Assembly (NCBI GenBank): GCA_026023565.1
Contig: JAPETS010000043.1
Coordinates: 124,001-188,000 of the forward strand
Length of the DNA stretch: 64,000 nucleotides
Origin: Cirrosporium novae-zelandiae
Taxonomy: Eukaryota
Reading direction: 5' to 3'
The notes under the pieces were generated by a model that did not search any database, had not been told where the DNA came from, and saw only the letters and a program-made list of their open reading frames with translations. The position numbers were made by a program, and so were the translations under genes. Position 1 is the stretch's first letter, and each line of letters begins with the position of its first letter. Of the stretch, positions 47,396 to 59,130 are shown piece after piece.

Positions 47396-49336
47396 TCAGC
47401 TTTTCGCAATCGCATCGAGCACCGTGTCGCGATAGCTGGTGGCTGTTCGCTCCCAATTATATTGGTTGAGTACCCACTGCTGACCATCGTCTCGCAGTTT
47501 GAGCCATGCAGTAGGGTTGGCGGCCAAACTGTATAAGGCTTCTCCAATAGCTGCAGGGCTTCTTGGATCCACCAACAATGCATAGACGTGGCCATTGCAC
47601 CGTAGGCTCTCGCTGGGTCCACCATTCCGAGTGACGACAGCGGGCAATCCGCTTGCCATAGCCTCCAAAGGCATAAGCCCAAAAGGCTCGAAATCCGCTG
47701 CCAAACAGAAAATACCCTGCTTGGTGCGTCCTAAATGACGATATACAGCCGCAAGCTCATCTTGCCGATTTTCTAGCCCAGGCACGATGAAGCATTCGTC
47801 TTGCATTCGGCTAGACACCAGAAGTTTTTTGATTGAACGAGCCAGGGCTAGCTCGGCGCCTGTGAAACTGACTTCGGGGTTACGGAAGGCATTTTTACCA
47901 CCTTTTAGGAGGAAGAGAAGATTGGCGCTACACCGCAAGCGCGAGTTCTGAGCGAAGGCACGTACAATATTGATATGATTCTTTTTAGCATCTAGACGAC
48001 CAGCTGCAACGACTATAGGCAGATGACGCCGTGCTGGCGGGATATCTTGGATGATGGCAGTATTGAGAACTGCTACAGTAGCGGCTTCGTTAGAAGCACG
48101 TTGATAGACCCCGAACACATCTAGGTTTATACCTGGAGGAATTGTTGTGAAACGGTCGATGTCTTCAATGCTGATAGCACCCAAATAAAGTGGATGGCCG
48201 TATTGAGTTTCTCGTTCAGCGTGGGTGCTGGTGACGATGTGAGCGGCCATGGACATGCTCCAGCGTTCTGCATTGATGCGTTGATCAAAATTGAAAGGAC
48301 GAAAGTCTTTATTTTCGATGAGCAACCCATCAATTTTCTGAGCCCCTAAGCTGTGTCCTTGGAAAATCCCGAACGGCAAACCGCACGTGTCCCTAAGGCG
48401 TGCCGCCGCGAGGCCCCCATCGGCATAATTCCCGATTGTGGCGTGCGGAAACTGCCCCTCACATTCATAAAGGACTCTTATATTATGAGCCCAGCCATTA
48501 AGGTGTGGCCACAAATCTTCCTTACGCAGGAACTCCCGAGGCCCAGCCGGAATGCGTAGGATTCTTACACGCCCAGCAATTTCGCCATCCGGGAGGACTA
48601 CACCGTCTGATAAGATTTCTTCCGGAATATCGAACTGCTGCCATCGTGGATGAGTAAAACGACGAGTGACAATATCTACATTTACCTTCAATCTACCTAA
48701 GGCCTGGGCTAATTCGCGTACATACACAAGCTGGCCACCGAAGTCAGCATGCTCGCCAAAACCTGTGTTTGCTGCATCGAAATTCCCCTGCGGGTTCAGG
48801 AAAGCGAGGTGCAGCCGAGAACGGCGCACGAGAGATATCGTCCCTGCACTCTCAAGGTTTACCAAGCTGGCGGAATCGTTAGACCGGGTAAGCGCAGGAC
48901 GATCGATCTTTGACAGCAATCCCTGGAAATTCTCAGGAAGCGGTGACAGGCCACAGAACATCGCCATGGCAGTGGCCGGTCGCATTATGTTGATTTTGAA
49001 ATCATAACATAATTTCACCACACGAAGCATAGCGGCTGGTGAATTTAGAGCCCACACATCAGTACGAGAGGTCTGCGGCCCTTTGGTATTGTAGTAGTGC
49101 TTCCCCGCCAGTGCAAATGCAACTGCGGCGGTAAAACGGTCTATGTCAGGGAACCTCTGCTTGTCGTAAACGGTTTCCACTATATTATGAACGGCTGTTA
49201 GTGAAAGCTCGACAATTGGAAGGTTGATGCTGCCAAGCTCCAGCCCCCCTCCTACCACCACGTCTGGAGGGGCATTGAATGTTATTTTGACAACTTTCTT
49301 TGTTGACACCTGACGGAGACTGGAGAGATTTATCAA
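47396..49336 (-). CDS. Bacterial-type sucrose-phosphate synthase-like glycosyltransferase (GT4) with an extra N-terminal domain of about 170 aa; true start uncertain
   Basis: LAFLNPQGNFD, EHADFGGQLVYVRELA, VDIVTRR, LRKEDLWPHL, GHSLGAQK, RINAER, QYGHPLY, IPPG, RLDAKKN, EPFGLMPLEAMASGLPAVVTRNGGP and YNWERTA. These match the Halothermothrix-type SPS motif series. No introns. Confidence 0.88.
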   Translation of the reverse strand: MINLSSLRQVSTKKVVKITFNAPPDVVVGGGLELGSINLPIVELSLTAVHNIVETVYDKQRFPDIDRFTAAVAFALAGKHYYNTKGPQTSRTDVWALNSPAAMLRVVKLCYDFKINIMRPATAMAMFCGLSPLPENFQGLLSKIDRPALTRSNDSASLVNLESAGTISLVRRSRLHLAFLNPQGNFDAANTGFGEHADFGGQLVYVRELAQALGRLKVNVDIVTRRFTHPRWQQFDIPEEILSDGVVLPDGEIAGRVRILRIPAGPREFLRKEDLWPHLNGWAHNIRVLYECEGQFPHATIGNYADGGLAAARLRDTCGLPFGIFQGHSLGAQKIDGLLIENKDFRPFNFDQRINAERWSMSMAAHIVTSTHAERETQYGHPLYLGAISIEDIDRFTTIPPGINLDVFGVYQRASNEAATVAVLNTAIIQDIPPARRHLPIVVAAGRLDAKKNHINIVRAFAQNSRLRCSANLLFLLKGGKNAFRNPEVSFTGAELALARSIKKLLVSSRMQDECFIVPGLENRQDELAAVYRHLGRTKQGIFCLAADFEPFGLMPLEAMASGLPAVVTRNGGPSESLRCNGHVYALLVDPRSPAAIGEALYSLAANPTAWLKLRDDGQQWVLNQYNWERTATSYRDTVLDAIAKS

Positions 49337-50799
49337 CTAACTGGATACTTCTTTAATTCAGCTCCTTGGGGTGTACTAGAGAGCCAAAGGGTTGACAACA
49401 AAGGCGAAGTTAATATGACAAATAGGGGGGTTTATCTTTTCAATGGAGGCTTAATTGAAGGCAACGATATAACAAATGAGAATTCCCACTTGGAATTATG
49501 GAAAAGTGAGGTTTATGGAATAGAAGAACATGAGCCATGTTCACGGAAGGGGATAGGGGAGAGAAAAGGAAGCGGAAATGGCTGAGGCTTCATCGTCATG
49601 GCAAACAAGGAGTGCAAGTGAATAGATTGATGAAGCCGTTGTGATGATGTTGGCAAACATTGCCGTCAAGGTAGTGAATTTGCTGCCAATTACCTTGGAC
49701 TCGTTTTCGAAGAGACGGGTATTAGCATGATAAAGAAATGAATAAGTAACAACGAGGTGAATATGCCCTATTCTGGATTCGAGGACCCGATATTTGAAAG
49801 CTATGGTAACCTATAACAGGATTGCGATAGGGATTTTGAACACTAAAGTTTCAATATTCAGGGCAATGTTTGCTGTAGGTCTATAGCGGTGTGCTTTGAA
49901 TTTTTTGAAATTAGAAACTGCGAACGGAATCACACACTTATATGCAAAACTAACTAACAAATAAAGGTATGTTGGATCGAGGGAAACGCCTTCACAGGGG
50001 AAAGATACCGCTGCAACGTCTTCTGGAGAGTATAACGAATGAAAACGCAGTCCCTATTGGCCTTATCTTTGCTAACGGAGTCTACACCAACGTCAAGTGG
50101 GTTACACTTGAACATGGCTATGGCTACTGTGTTAACGAACGTGTCCTACCTCCTCATATCGGGATTCTTGCATGACGTGACTTCATCGTTATTAGGAATG
50201 TTTTGAATCTCAAGCTTCAGATCTAACATTGTGACTATGGAACGGGAGATTTAACTACATGGAAAGATATAGAGATTAAATATGATCGACCTCTTTTATT
50301 TTTACTAGAAGAAAAAGCAAAGAAGACGTCGATAACACCTCTAAGCTCTAAGACAATGGGCTCGATAAGGGAAACAACGGAATAGACATGCTGACACGCA
50401 GACACACAGACGCAGAAGAAGCATGGATATGCACAGGGGTTTTGAGATTTTCGGAACCGTTTTTATGGTGCTATTACTAATTTTTTAATCCAGAATTTCC
50501 GACAGACTGGAACATAAATTAAACCCTTGAATCCTTCCTTCCCTTCCGGCCTTTTCTTTCCCTAAGTCATAAAAATAGGCTACCTGAACTACGCTACTGC
50601 CATCCGCCGTCCGATGAGCTTGGGATAGCAGAGCTCCAGATAGAAGAAAAAAAATCGCTCGCTTGCTCGATCTTTCCCTCAAATTCTTTTTCTTTCTTCC
50701 GCACCGGCTATCTATGTCAATTGACCTCTATCCACCATAACCCGAAGGTGACATACAGACAATAAAATGAATCATCATCATGTCAATTGATCAATTAGT

Positions 50800-53580
50800 C
50801 AAATTGGTCAAACTGGGGCAGATTAACCAAAATCCCAAATCATTTAACTACCGATCGAACCCTTTCCTCATTCACCCGGAATATAGATCCGTAAACATCC
50901 CTGCAATAATCATCAAATAAACCATTAATACGAATATGGATTAGGAGCGTTCGTTAATTGAGGGAATTAAGGGACTGGAAGGAGGGAAGAATTAGGCGGG
51001 GATGGGAGTATTTTTTTGTTTGTACTGTACTTTCTGTCCTTCTAGTTTTTTTACTAGGTAGGCATCAATAACAGCACAATCTAACATAATTTCCTCTTAC
51101 TATAGCAATACTACTGCAGAGGGCTGATTAGGAAATTAAAAGGATGGAGCAATTAGGCGGGGGGAGTCTTTTTTTTGTTTGTTCTTTCTGCCTCTGCTTC
51201 TGCTTCTGCTTTTTTTTACTAGGTATATCAATAATAACAGCACAATTCAATCCAACCTGGATGCTTTTCCCTCTTAACTCTAGCAAATATATCACAGCCA
51301 GCTACCATACCATAACTGACTGACTGGGTGGGCATAATATCCATATATAATATTTACCCCCATTTTTATCTCGTCCTCATCCTCATCCCACCATATACCA
51401 TGAATGAAAAGGAAAAGGGAAAGGGAAAGGGAAAGGGAAAGGGAGAGTAATCATATTTCTATTGTATTGCCCCCCCCCCCCCCCCCTTTCCAATCCACTC
51501 ATCCACCCATATATAATAAATAACGGGGGACGCCAATTCTATCAAAAAAAAAACGGAAACGAAATGAAAGAAGTGAGTTGGGTGAGTGAGCGAGTGAGTG
51601 AGTAAATGAATTAATAAATAAATAGATATGTCCTCTTTTTTTTTTGAGGGAGAGGGAGAGGGGGAGAGAGATAGTATGAATGCTATGCTATGATATTTAT
51701 TATTTCATTTTTATCCTCATCGAGTCCTACTATTAGGAAAGGAGAGGGGGAGGGGAGGAGAGAGGAGGGAAGGGAAGGTAAGGAGAGGAATTTTATACTA
51801 CCTATATTATCTGCCCTATAGATATACCATATGACAACTTACAGCTTACAACCCCCCCCTCCCCAACTCCCCTTCCTTTCCCTTCCCTTCCCTTCCTTTC
51901 CCTTCCCTTCCCTTCCCTTCCCTTCCCTTCCCTTCCCTTCCTTTCCCTTCCCTTCCCTTCCCTTCCTTTCCCTTCCCTCCCTAGTAAACCAAATATTTTT
52001 TTCTTCTTTTTTTTCTTCTTCTTCTTCTCAATACCATCCATACCACCATTATCATAACTAAACCCCCCTTCCCCCCACTCCCCCTCCCATAACTATTTTT
52101 ATTAGATACAGTAGAAGGGATTAGTAGAGAAAGAGACAACAACGAAATTATTTTTTAATAATGATAATGACAAATAACGTCCCTACATATATATTATAAT
52201 AACCCCTTGCTATTATTTATATAATATTTCTATACTATACACAAACCCCCCCTATATATAAACCACCAAAGGAATTTATTTTATTTTATTGTATCTTCTT
52301 AATACTAATTAATAAATATCATTTTATTTTTATATCTATAACCACCACCGCCAGCTACCCTCCTCTCTCTCTCCCATGATCATTCCTATAACTATTCTTT
52401 CTAGATAGTGTTAGATAAGAGGGGAAAAAAAGAATAAGGAGGGCTAATAGAAATAAATCTTTCTTCATTTGGATGGATGGGTAGGGTAAGGTAAAAGGGG
52501 GATGTGGGATGGGATTGATAGTGTTGGATGGGACGGGATGGGATGGGATGTGGGATATATATGACCTACCTACCTACCTAGCTTAGTTACGATATACTAT
52601 ACTGTACTGTACTGTACTGTACTGTTATAAACATATATCAAAAATGAAAACTAAACTCAAATGAAGGAAGGAAGGAAATGAAATAAATACCCATACTATT
52701 ACCATACCATACGTACCACATATATATATTCCCCCCCCTCCCCCTCCCCCTTCCCCTTCCCCTTCCTTCTTCTTTATCTCCCCACTCTCTCCCTATTCAT
52801 TCCCATTCCCGTTCCCGTTCTCTATATTCACGCTCACGTTTTACATTTTACTTTAATTTTTTTTATTTTGAAATGTTAAAAAGGAAAAGAAGTGGTTGAG
52901 GTTGTGGCTGGGTATGGATATGAAGATTGGAGATAGACAAAGGGAGAGAGGAGGGATGGGGGGGTGGACAATGGAAAGGTGAGGAAGGTGAGGAAAGGGG
53001 AGGGGATAAGAAGAAAGGGAAAGGAGAAAGGAAGGGAAGAGAGAAGGGGGGAAGGAAGGTGAAGAAGGGAAGATTTCATACATTCATGATTATGATTATA
53101 ATCAATCATGCCATGAGACAGCACACCCATTACCCATACCCCCTTACACGCACACACACATAAACACAATCATCCCGTTAGAAGACAAACAGAACAAGCA
53201 CAACACTCTTACCTAACCAAGCTAAGCTAAGCTAAAAGGGGGGACGTGGAATACCCAGTTGTTAGGATATATAACCTAGGCTATACCGTAACACACCTAC
53301 CTACCTACCTACCTACCTACCCTCATTGATGTTAATTTCCTTCTAATATCTTTGAATTTCTAATTCATAATTTTTTTTTTAGATTGTTTATTTATGAATC
53401 GTGATTGTGAAAAAAAGAAAGAAAAGAAAGATCTAATTACCAGATGAACCTAATAACGAAATCGAAAAATCAAATAATCCCTTTTTTTTTGTTTTGAAAG
53501 TTTACAAATAAACACGTTTTATTTTCTTCAGCTTCTCCCTCATATACACACACTTCACCCATCCACCCACCCTCATCCTC
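50800..53580. repeat. Second low-complexity intergenic tract (microsatellites, polypurine/polypyrimidine runs)
   Basis: (GGGAAA)n, (CCCTT)n at ~51870-51980, (TACTG)n, (CCTA)n, (GGGAT)n and C/A/T homopolymers. Confidence 0.85.
50950..51290 (+). repeat. Diverged tandem duplication of a unit of about 165 bp
   Basis: Both copies share aattaggcgggg...ttttttgtttgt...ttttttactaggta...atcaata..acagcacaat...ctctta..tagcaa. Confidence 0.7.
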
Positions 53581-53588
53581 ACTCCCAC

Positions 53589-56500
53589 CTAAAACCCACT
53601 CCCATTCTCCTTACCCCCACCCCTACCACCACCACCACCCCACCCCCCCTCCCCCCTCCACTCCTCCCAAACCCGTCTAAAAACCGCCCTCTCCTCACCC
53701 CGGAAATCTGCATTCACGGCCCTCACACCCTGATACCCCACGCAATTTAACACCGCATACAGACCCGGCAGGAGTGCCTGGTTCGTTTCTGCTGGGAGCG
53801 GGGTTTGGAGACGTAGGATGCAGTAGGTGGGGAGGAGGTATTGCATTCCTTCGGTGCCGGCGTGGGATTTTGCGAGGGTTATTGGGTTAGTTAGGTTGTT
53901 TGGTGTGGTGGTTGTGGAGGGGGTGGTGAGGGTTTGGGGTTTGGGGTGGTGGTGGGGGTGAGGTGTTACGGATGAGGGGGTTGGGTCGCAGATAGAGGTT
54001 AGGAGGGTGGAGAATTGGGTTGCGTGGGCTGGGGTGAGAGTTGGGGTTTTGGATTTGGTTTTGATGTTGTTATTACTATTCCCGTTTTCTCTGGGTGCTC
54101 GTTTCTTTTTTAGGAGAATCCACCGTGGGAGCGAGGATTTGGTGCTGTTTCTTCCTCCCGGGCTTGCACCTTCGAATAGACATTTCATTAGCCCCTGTAG
54201 CGCGGGAACGACTAGATGAAGCCGGCCTTCAATCTCCCGTCGGTGGCGTGTCGATATTGCGGCGAGGAGTTGGCAGAGACGCGAGTATATGCCTTCGGTA
54301 TGTTTGGAGGAGGAGGGATTCAGTGAGGCTTCCGGGGATGTCATTTTCACGATTGCGGAAAGTGTAGTGTTGATGTTGGGTTGGGTTGTGGCCCAACGCT
54401 TTTCGATTAAGAGGTAGGTTAGCATGTCGGCTATGACGATGAAACGCGGGATGTTGGTTATTTCATGGGTTAATAGGTCGAGTAGATGGAAGTAGCATTC
54501 TGAGAGGGAGGTTCGAAGCAGAGCGCGGTCGGCTAGGGAGTGCGGTTCGGTGATGGAGTGGAGGACGGAGAAGAGAGCTGGGAGACCCGTGGCGGAATGA
54601 GGGTTTGAGCAGGCCGATTCGAGTTTGTGAAGGATGGTAGAGATTTCGGTGGGGGAATCGTTTTGGACGAGGGCCTTGAAGCGACGGAGGAGGGAAGCTT
54701 GTTCGTCGCGTGTGTGGATCGGGTTTTGGAGCTCGTTTAAGAGAGAGTCTATTTGGGATGGCTTGTCTGTATCAGATCCTTGGACTATGAAATTCAATTC
54801 TTGGAGTAAGGCTAGGGCTTTGTTGATATAAGGCTCTTTTAGATTGGGAGTATCTAGTGCTTGCTGGCGGTGTACTGTGTTTATGAGGCTAGTAATGTCC
54901 TTACTAATGGAAAGAAGACGTTCTTTTTCAGGACACCGGATGAGTTCCTTGAGGATAACCTGCAGATCAAGTCGACTGGTGGGATCCTCGATCCAGGTCC
55001 CAGGGACAGCCAGCTTATGAAGATCTGAAACCAAAACGTTCCAATATTCAACATCTATGTGAGATTTAATTGTGGAATCATGGAGGTCAATATCGTGTTT
55101 CTGAAAGGTATAAACGACAGAGCCACATAAAACACGCCTCGCACATTGACCAAGAAATGAACCTGTCTCTGTCATGGAACAAAAAACAATAGCTTTGATC
55201 TGGCTGAGATATTGCGAGCTACGTGGTTGATCTTTCGTTATGATTAGATGAGATAGTGTCAGCTCGGCAAGTCTCTGGTATATTCCCACAGATGACATGT
55301 TAGGAAGGTCTTTCAGGCTATCAGCAATCGCCAAGAGAACATTTGCTTCAACTGAGATCTTTGCAGATGCGTTGGGTACCTCCATAAGTTTGCACATCAA
55401 GCTTAACCTCGTATTAGTTTTTTTAGGAGACTCTGTAGTTCCTTTGGACATTGATGTACTATGGATGAGAGTTTCACCAACGAGATCAAGTATCCTTTCC
55501 CTTTGGGATCGTTGCAATGTTTCAAGCGGGACTGCTGACAATGCTAACTCCAGGTAGATATCATCTGGACTAGACTTTTTGAACTGGTCTATATGGGCTT
55601 GTAACATTTCTTTGAACAAAGTTTTGTCTTCCTGAAGTGCAGCACACCCGAGGAAGGCATCCCAAAACAATGGTGGCATTTCTGGATCTCGGGGGTTTTC
55701 TGGTGCTAGTTGATCGCGGAATGATAAATGAGTATAGATGTTGGCTAGATGACAGAGTGGTCCGAAGAACTGTTGACGCTTATCTGAAGAAGCGTATAGG
55801 AATACTTGCGGAAATCGGAGAGTCATAGATATTAACCCGGCACTTAGTTCTGATACTGTTCTCAAGTTTTGTCGTTTTCCATCCCATGTACAAGGCCACG
55901 TTTGCATTCCGTGATGTCTTATTTTATCCCCATTTTTGTTATCAAGCGAATCGGTAATTCCGTTAACATATTTGGCCACATTCTGTACCGATTGATCCAT
56001 AATTTCTGAGAACCTTTCGGCGACCTTTTTTGCTTTCTCCCTAGGCTGTTCATCTGGTCTCAAATTGATGCATAATGCAAAAAGGTAGAAAGCTTCATAG
56101 ACCTCAATACATCTAGAAGCTAGACAATCGGCACTTTCGTCATATATCATGTTGGCTTCTTTTATGACTTTCTTCAAAGAACGGAATAGCTTCGACAGAG
56201 ATTCGATAGGTGTATCTTGAAGTAGTCGAGGAAAGTTTTCGTATATTACTCTTAACAAGCGCAAGAATCGCCATCGGAATGTTGACTTTTGCATTGCAAA
56301 ATTAGAAAGAATATCATCACTCAACGCTTTGATCCGAAGAATGACATCCTCTTCGACATTCCCCCAGAACTGGCTTCTAAGGACTAGCCCTTCCAGAATG
56401 ACAGAAACAGAGGCAGCCCTTGCATCATCGGGGTTACCTTGCATGCCCTGAAAATTCGTCATTGAGGCTTTTAAGATAGATATTTCCTGAGCTGTTGATG

Positions 56501-58354
56501 AAGTCGAGACAACTTCGGGATTGCTAAACGCAATAAGTATATCCTCATCCTCCCATATGGAGAACTCTCGATTTCCTATAGGCCTATATGGATCCAGAAA
56601 AATAAACAGTTGCTCTTTCCAATAACCAGTGAATCTGGTTAGATCTCTGGCTTTAGAAAAGGCATTCATCAATGGGATCATGATTCTTGAACGGAGAAAG
56701 TCAGACGGCTCAGCGATATTTATCTTCTTGAATAATTGGTCGAGTAACTCTTTTGTGGTTTTCGGAAGTTCTTCAGGTGCTTCTTTTCCTAATCTATTCC
56801 ACACACTTTCACTTGGACCAACAAATACACTCGAGTCCAGACCGAGGATCTCAGCAAGAAGATCCCAGGCTGGTTCCTCAATCCTCCAGAGACCGCAGAA
56901 TCTGGCGGCAATATCCGCCAGCAAGCCAGTGCTAAGGGTAACCCTTCTCTTGAGGCTCATGTTGAGTAGTTTTTGAAGAATCTTCCTATGTTCGGATTCC
57001 AACACTTGGTCATTTCTTTTGAAATCTAGTCCGGAGATCTCTAGGAGAGCGCAAAGAAGAGTCTCGAGCCAGGGATCCTCCTTCAACTGCCGAGTGGGAT
57101 TATCCCGCCGCGTAATCTTAAGAGTTATATCATACATTATTGTTAGGGGTAGAATTAGCGGAGAAGGCGTACGCCTTGAAACTTCTAAAGACGTATTGGC
57201 TGTAGATGTCGGCTCATTGGATATGTTTGCATTCGAATCTTTCTGGATCTGCGTTTTCAAAGTAGGAAATGGGGTAACAGATGTAATAGTGGCAATCGTT
57301 TCCAGCGTGGCGGTCTTAAGACCGGATTCGAAAAAGCTGGTTCTAAGTGGGAGAATGACATGACGAGCTAGCAGACTTTGCAAGGGCTTAACCAAGGTCG
57401 CGGTTGGCTTTGCGTCTGGTATTACCTTCGGGAGATATTTGTTTTTACAGGTCCATAATAGCCATAAAATAGGCCTTAAGCAGTGCGCCGAAAAGGCATC
57501 GTTACTGACCTTATTCAGCGGGTCATCACTATTGGTGGATCGATTAACCCATATCTGTAAAAGTGCAACAAAGTCATTAATAATGAAATTCTTAGAATCA
57601 TGTTCTTCAGATGCTGGAAGGGCTAGAATGTTATCTGCTAGAGTCGACGCATGACCAAGTATTCTAGCGGCTACTTCAGGAGACGCACGAAGAACAGCTT
57701 TCATGTGCTGCTGGGCCGGGTTCAGTTCTTCAATATCATTTCCTATTAACTCTCGAATCTCATCTAGAATGCGTAAAACGCATACTGGTAGACGGACTGA
57801 AGAAAATAAGGCGATATAAGAATCTGAGTCTCGAGGTATGTTTGTAAGAGGCGTCTGGCTATTGATGATAATGTTTGGTTTAACAAATTTGTCCCCTACT
57901 TTCCAGTCTTGAATCAATTCGACAGCTTCTTCAAGTGCCTTGTCCACAATATCGATGAACTTATGTTCTTGTAGAGCGCTTGCTGCAGGCCGCAAAGGAA
58001 TTCGCTTTATCAACTTTTGGAGGAGTAGCCATGCTCCTGGTGTACATCTTGGAGTCTTTCCTTGAGACACATGAAGTTCTTTTAATAACCATTTTAGGAC
58101 TGCTTCCTCTTTCGCCGGGAAGGGGGATCTGAAATCTGGATCAAATCCTTGATCTACAAGTGTCGCTAGGCGGTTTGGGTCCAGGCCTATGATGGCAACA
58201 GCATCGATCAAACGATTTGCGAATGGTACTTGCTGGTCAGTTAATGATCGCAAGCGTTCCTGTAAATTTGGCGCAGGATGCCCCTAAGATATCAAGTTAG
58301 TATCTGGTATAAATGGGTCCAAAAAACGTAACATACCTCAATAATTGGTGCCAT
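53589..58354 (-). CDS. URB2: Nucleolar pre-ribosomal protein Urb2/Npa2, 1 intron
   Basis: N-terminal EAVLKWLLKEL..WLLL; C-terminal Urb2-like domain RHRREIEGRLHLVVPALQGLMKCLF...LLPGLYAVL...VNADF...RAVFRRVW. First exon MAPIIE, intron 58284-58336. Confidence 0.8.
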
Positions 58355-58650
58355 GACATACTACCAGTTTTGCAGTTCGCGAACTTTTTTTTCAAAGGGC
58401 TTCCCCGGGAGCTTGGTGGTAGCAAAGGTCCGCGCCATATGATTGGCCGATGATGTCAAAGCCCTGATGTCTGGCCAAGTCCGCTCCGCAAATCTGACCT
58501 CCAAACAAATAGTTGACGAGCTCCAGCTCAGAACAACCCCATTGAATTCTCCACTCTATTATAAATTACTTAAGGTTTGCCATATATGGTCAAAATAGTG
58601 ATTTTTATTTCATCCACGCTGATATTTAGCACAACCCAGAGCCAAATACA

Positions 58651-59130
58651 ATGACTGACGCATCGTCAAATTCTCCACCCTCGTCACGGCCCAATAAGCC
58701 AGTGAGTGAGGCTCTTCTCAATGAAAAGGTAGGCTTTTTCTGACTGCATATATACTCGGATATCTGTTCATTTCTATCGTCAACCTGTTACCATGATTCC
58801 ACTCCTTAGGCCAAGAAGCTCCCCCCACGACCACCATGCTGATTGCCATTGCTTATAGTGGGACCGAGCTATATCTTCCTTACTAATTCGATCGTCCTTG
58901 GGACTCTCCTTCGGCGTCGTGTTTTCCGTCCTTCTGTTCAAACGACGAGCTTGGCCTGTGTGGCTCGGTCTTGGATTCGGTGCCGGAAGAGCATGGGAAG
59001 AAGCGGATGGTATGGATTCTACAACTAATATACGCATTTTTGTTCTTACTTACCGTTGAGAATAGCATCTTTTAGACGGGGCGATAAAGAACCACTCGGA
59101 AAGGAAGGGCTGAGAATGGTTAGGTCATGA
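58651..59130 (+). CDS. MIC10: MICOS complex subunit Mic10, 2 introns
   Basis: Spliced product reads PVSEALLNEK|WDRAISSLLIRSSLGLSFGVVFSVLLFKRRAWPVWLGLGFGAGRAWEEAD|ASFR (GxGxGxG motif, KRR loop). Absent from the ORF track. Confidence 0.93.

Noticed and set aside
47396..49336. Bacterial contamination as the explanation for the SPS-like gene
   Set aside because: The flanks are fungal-type intergenic DNA and intron-containing genes, with no operon neighbours. A misassembly still needs read-level exclusion.
49337..49920. Apparent continuation of the SPS reading frame further upstream
   Set aside because: About 7 stops in about 190 codons, close to chance, and no recognisable motif.
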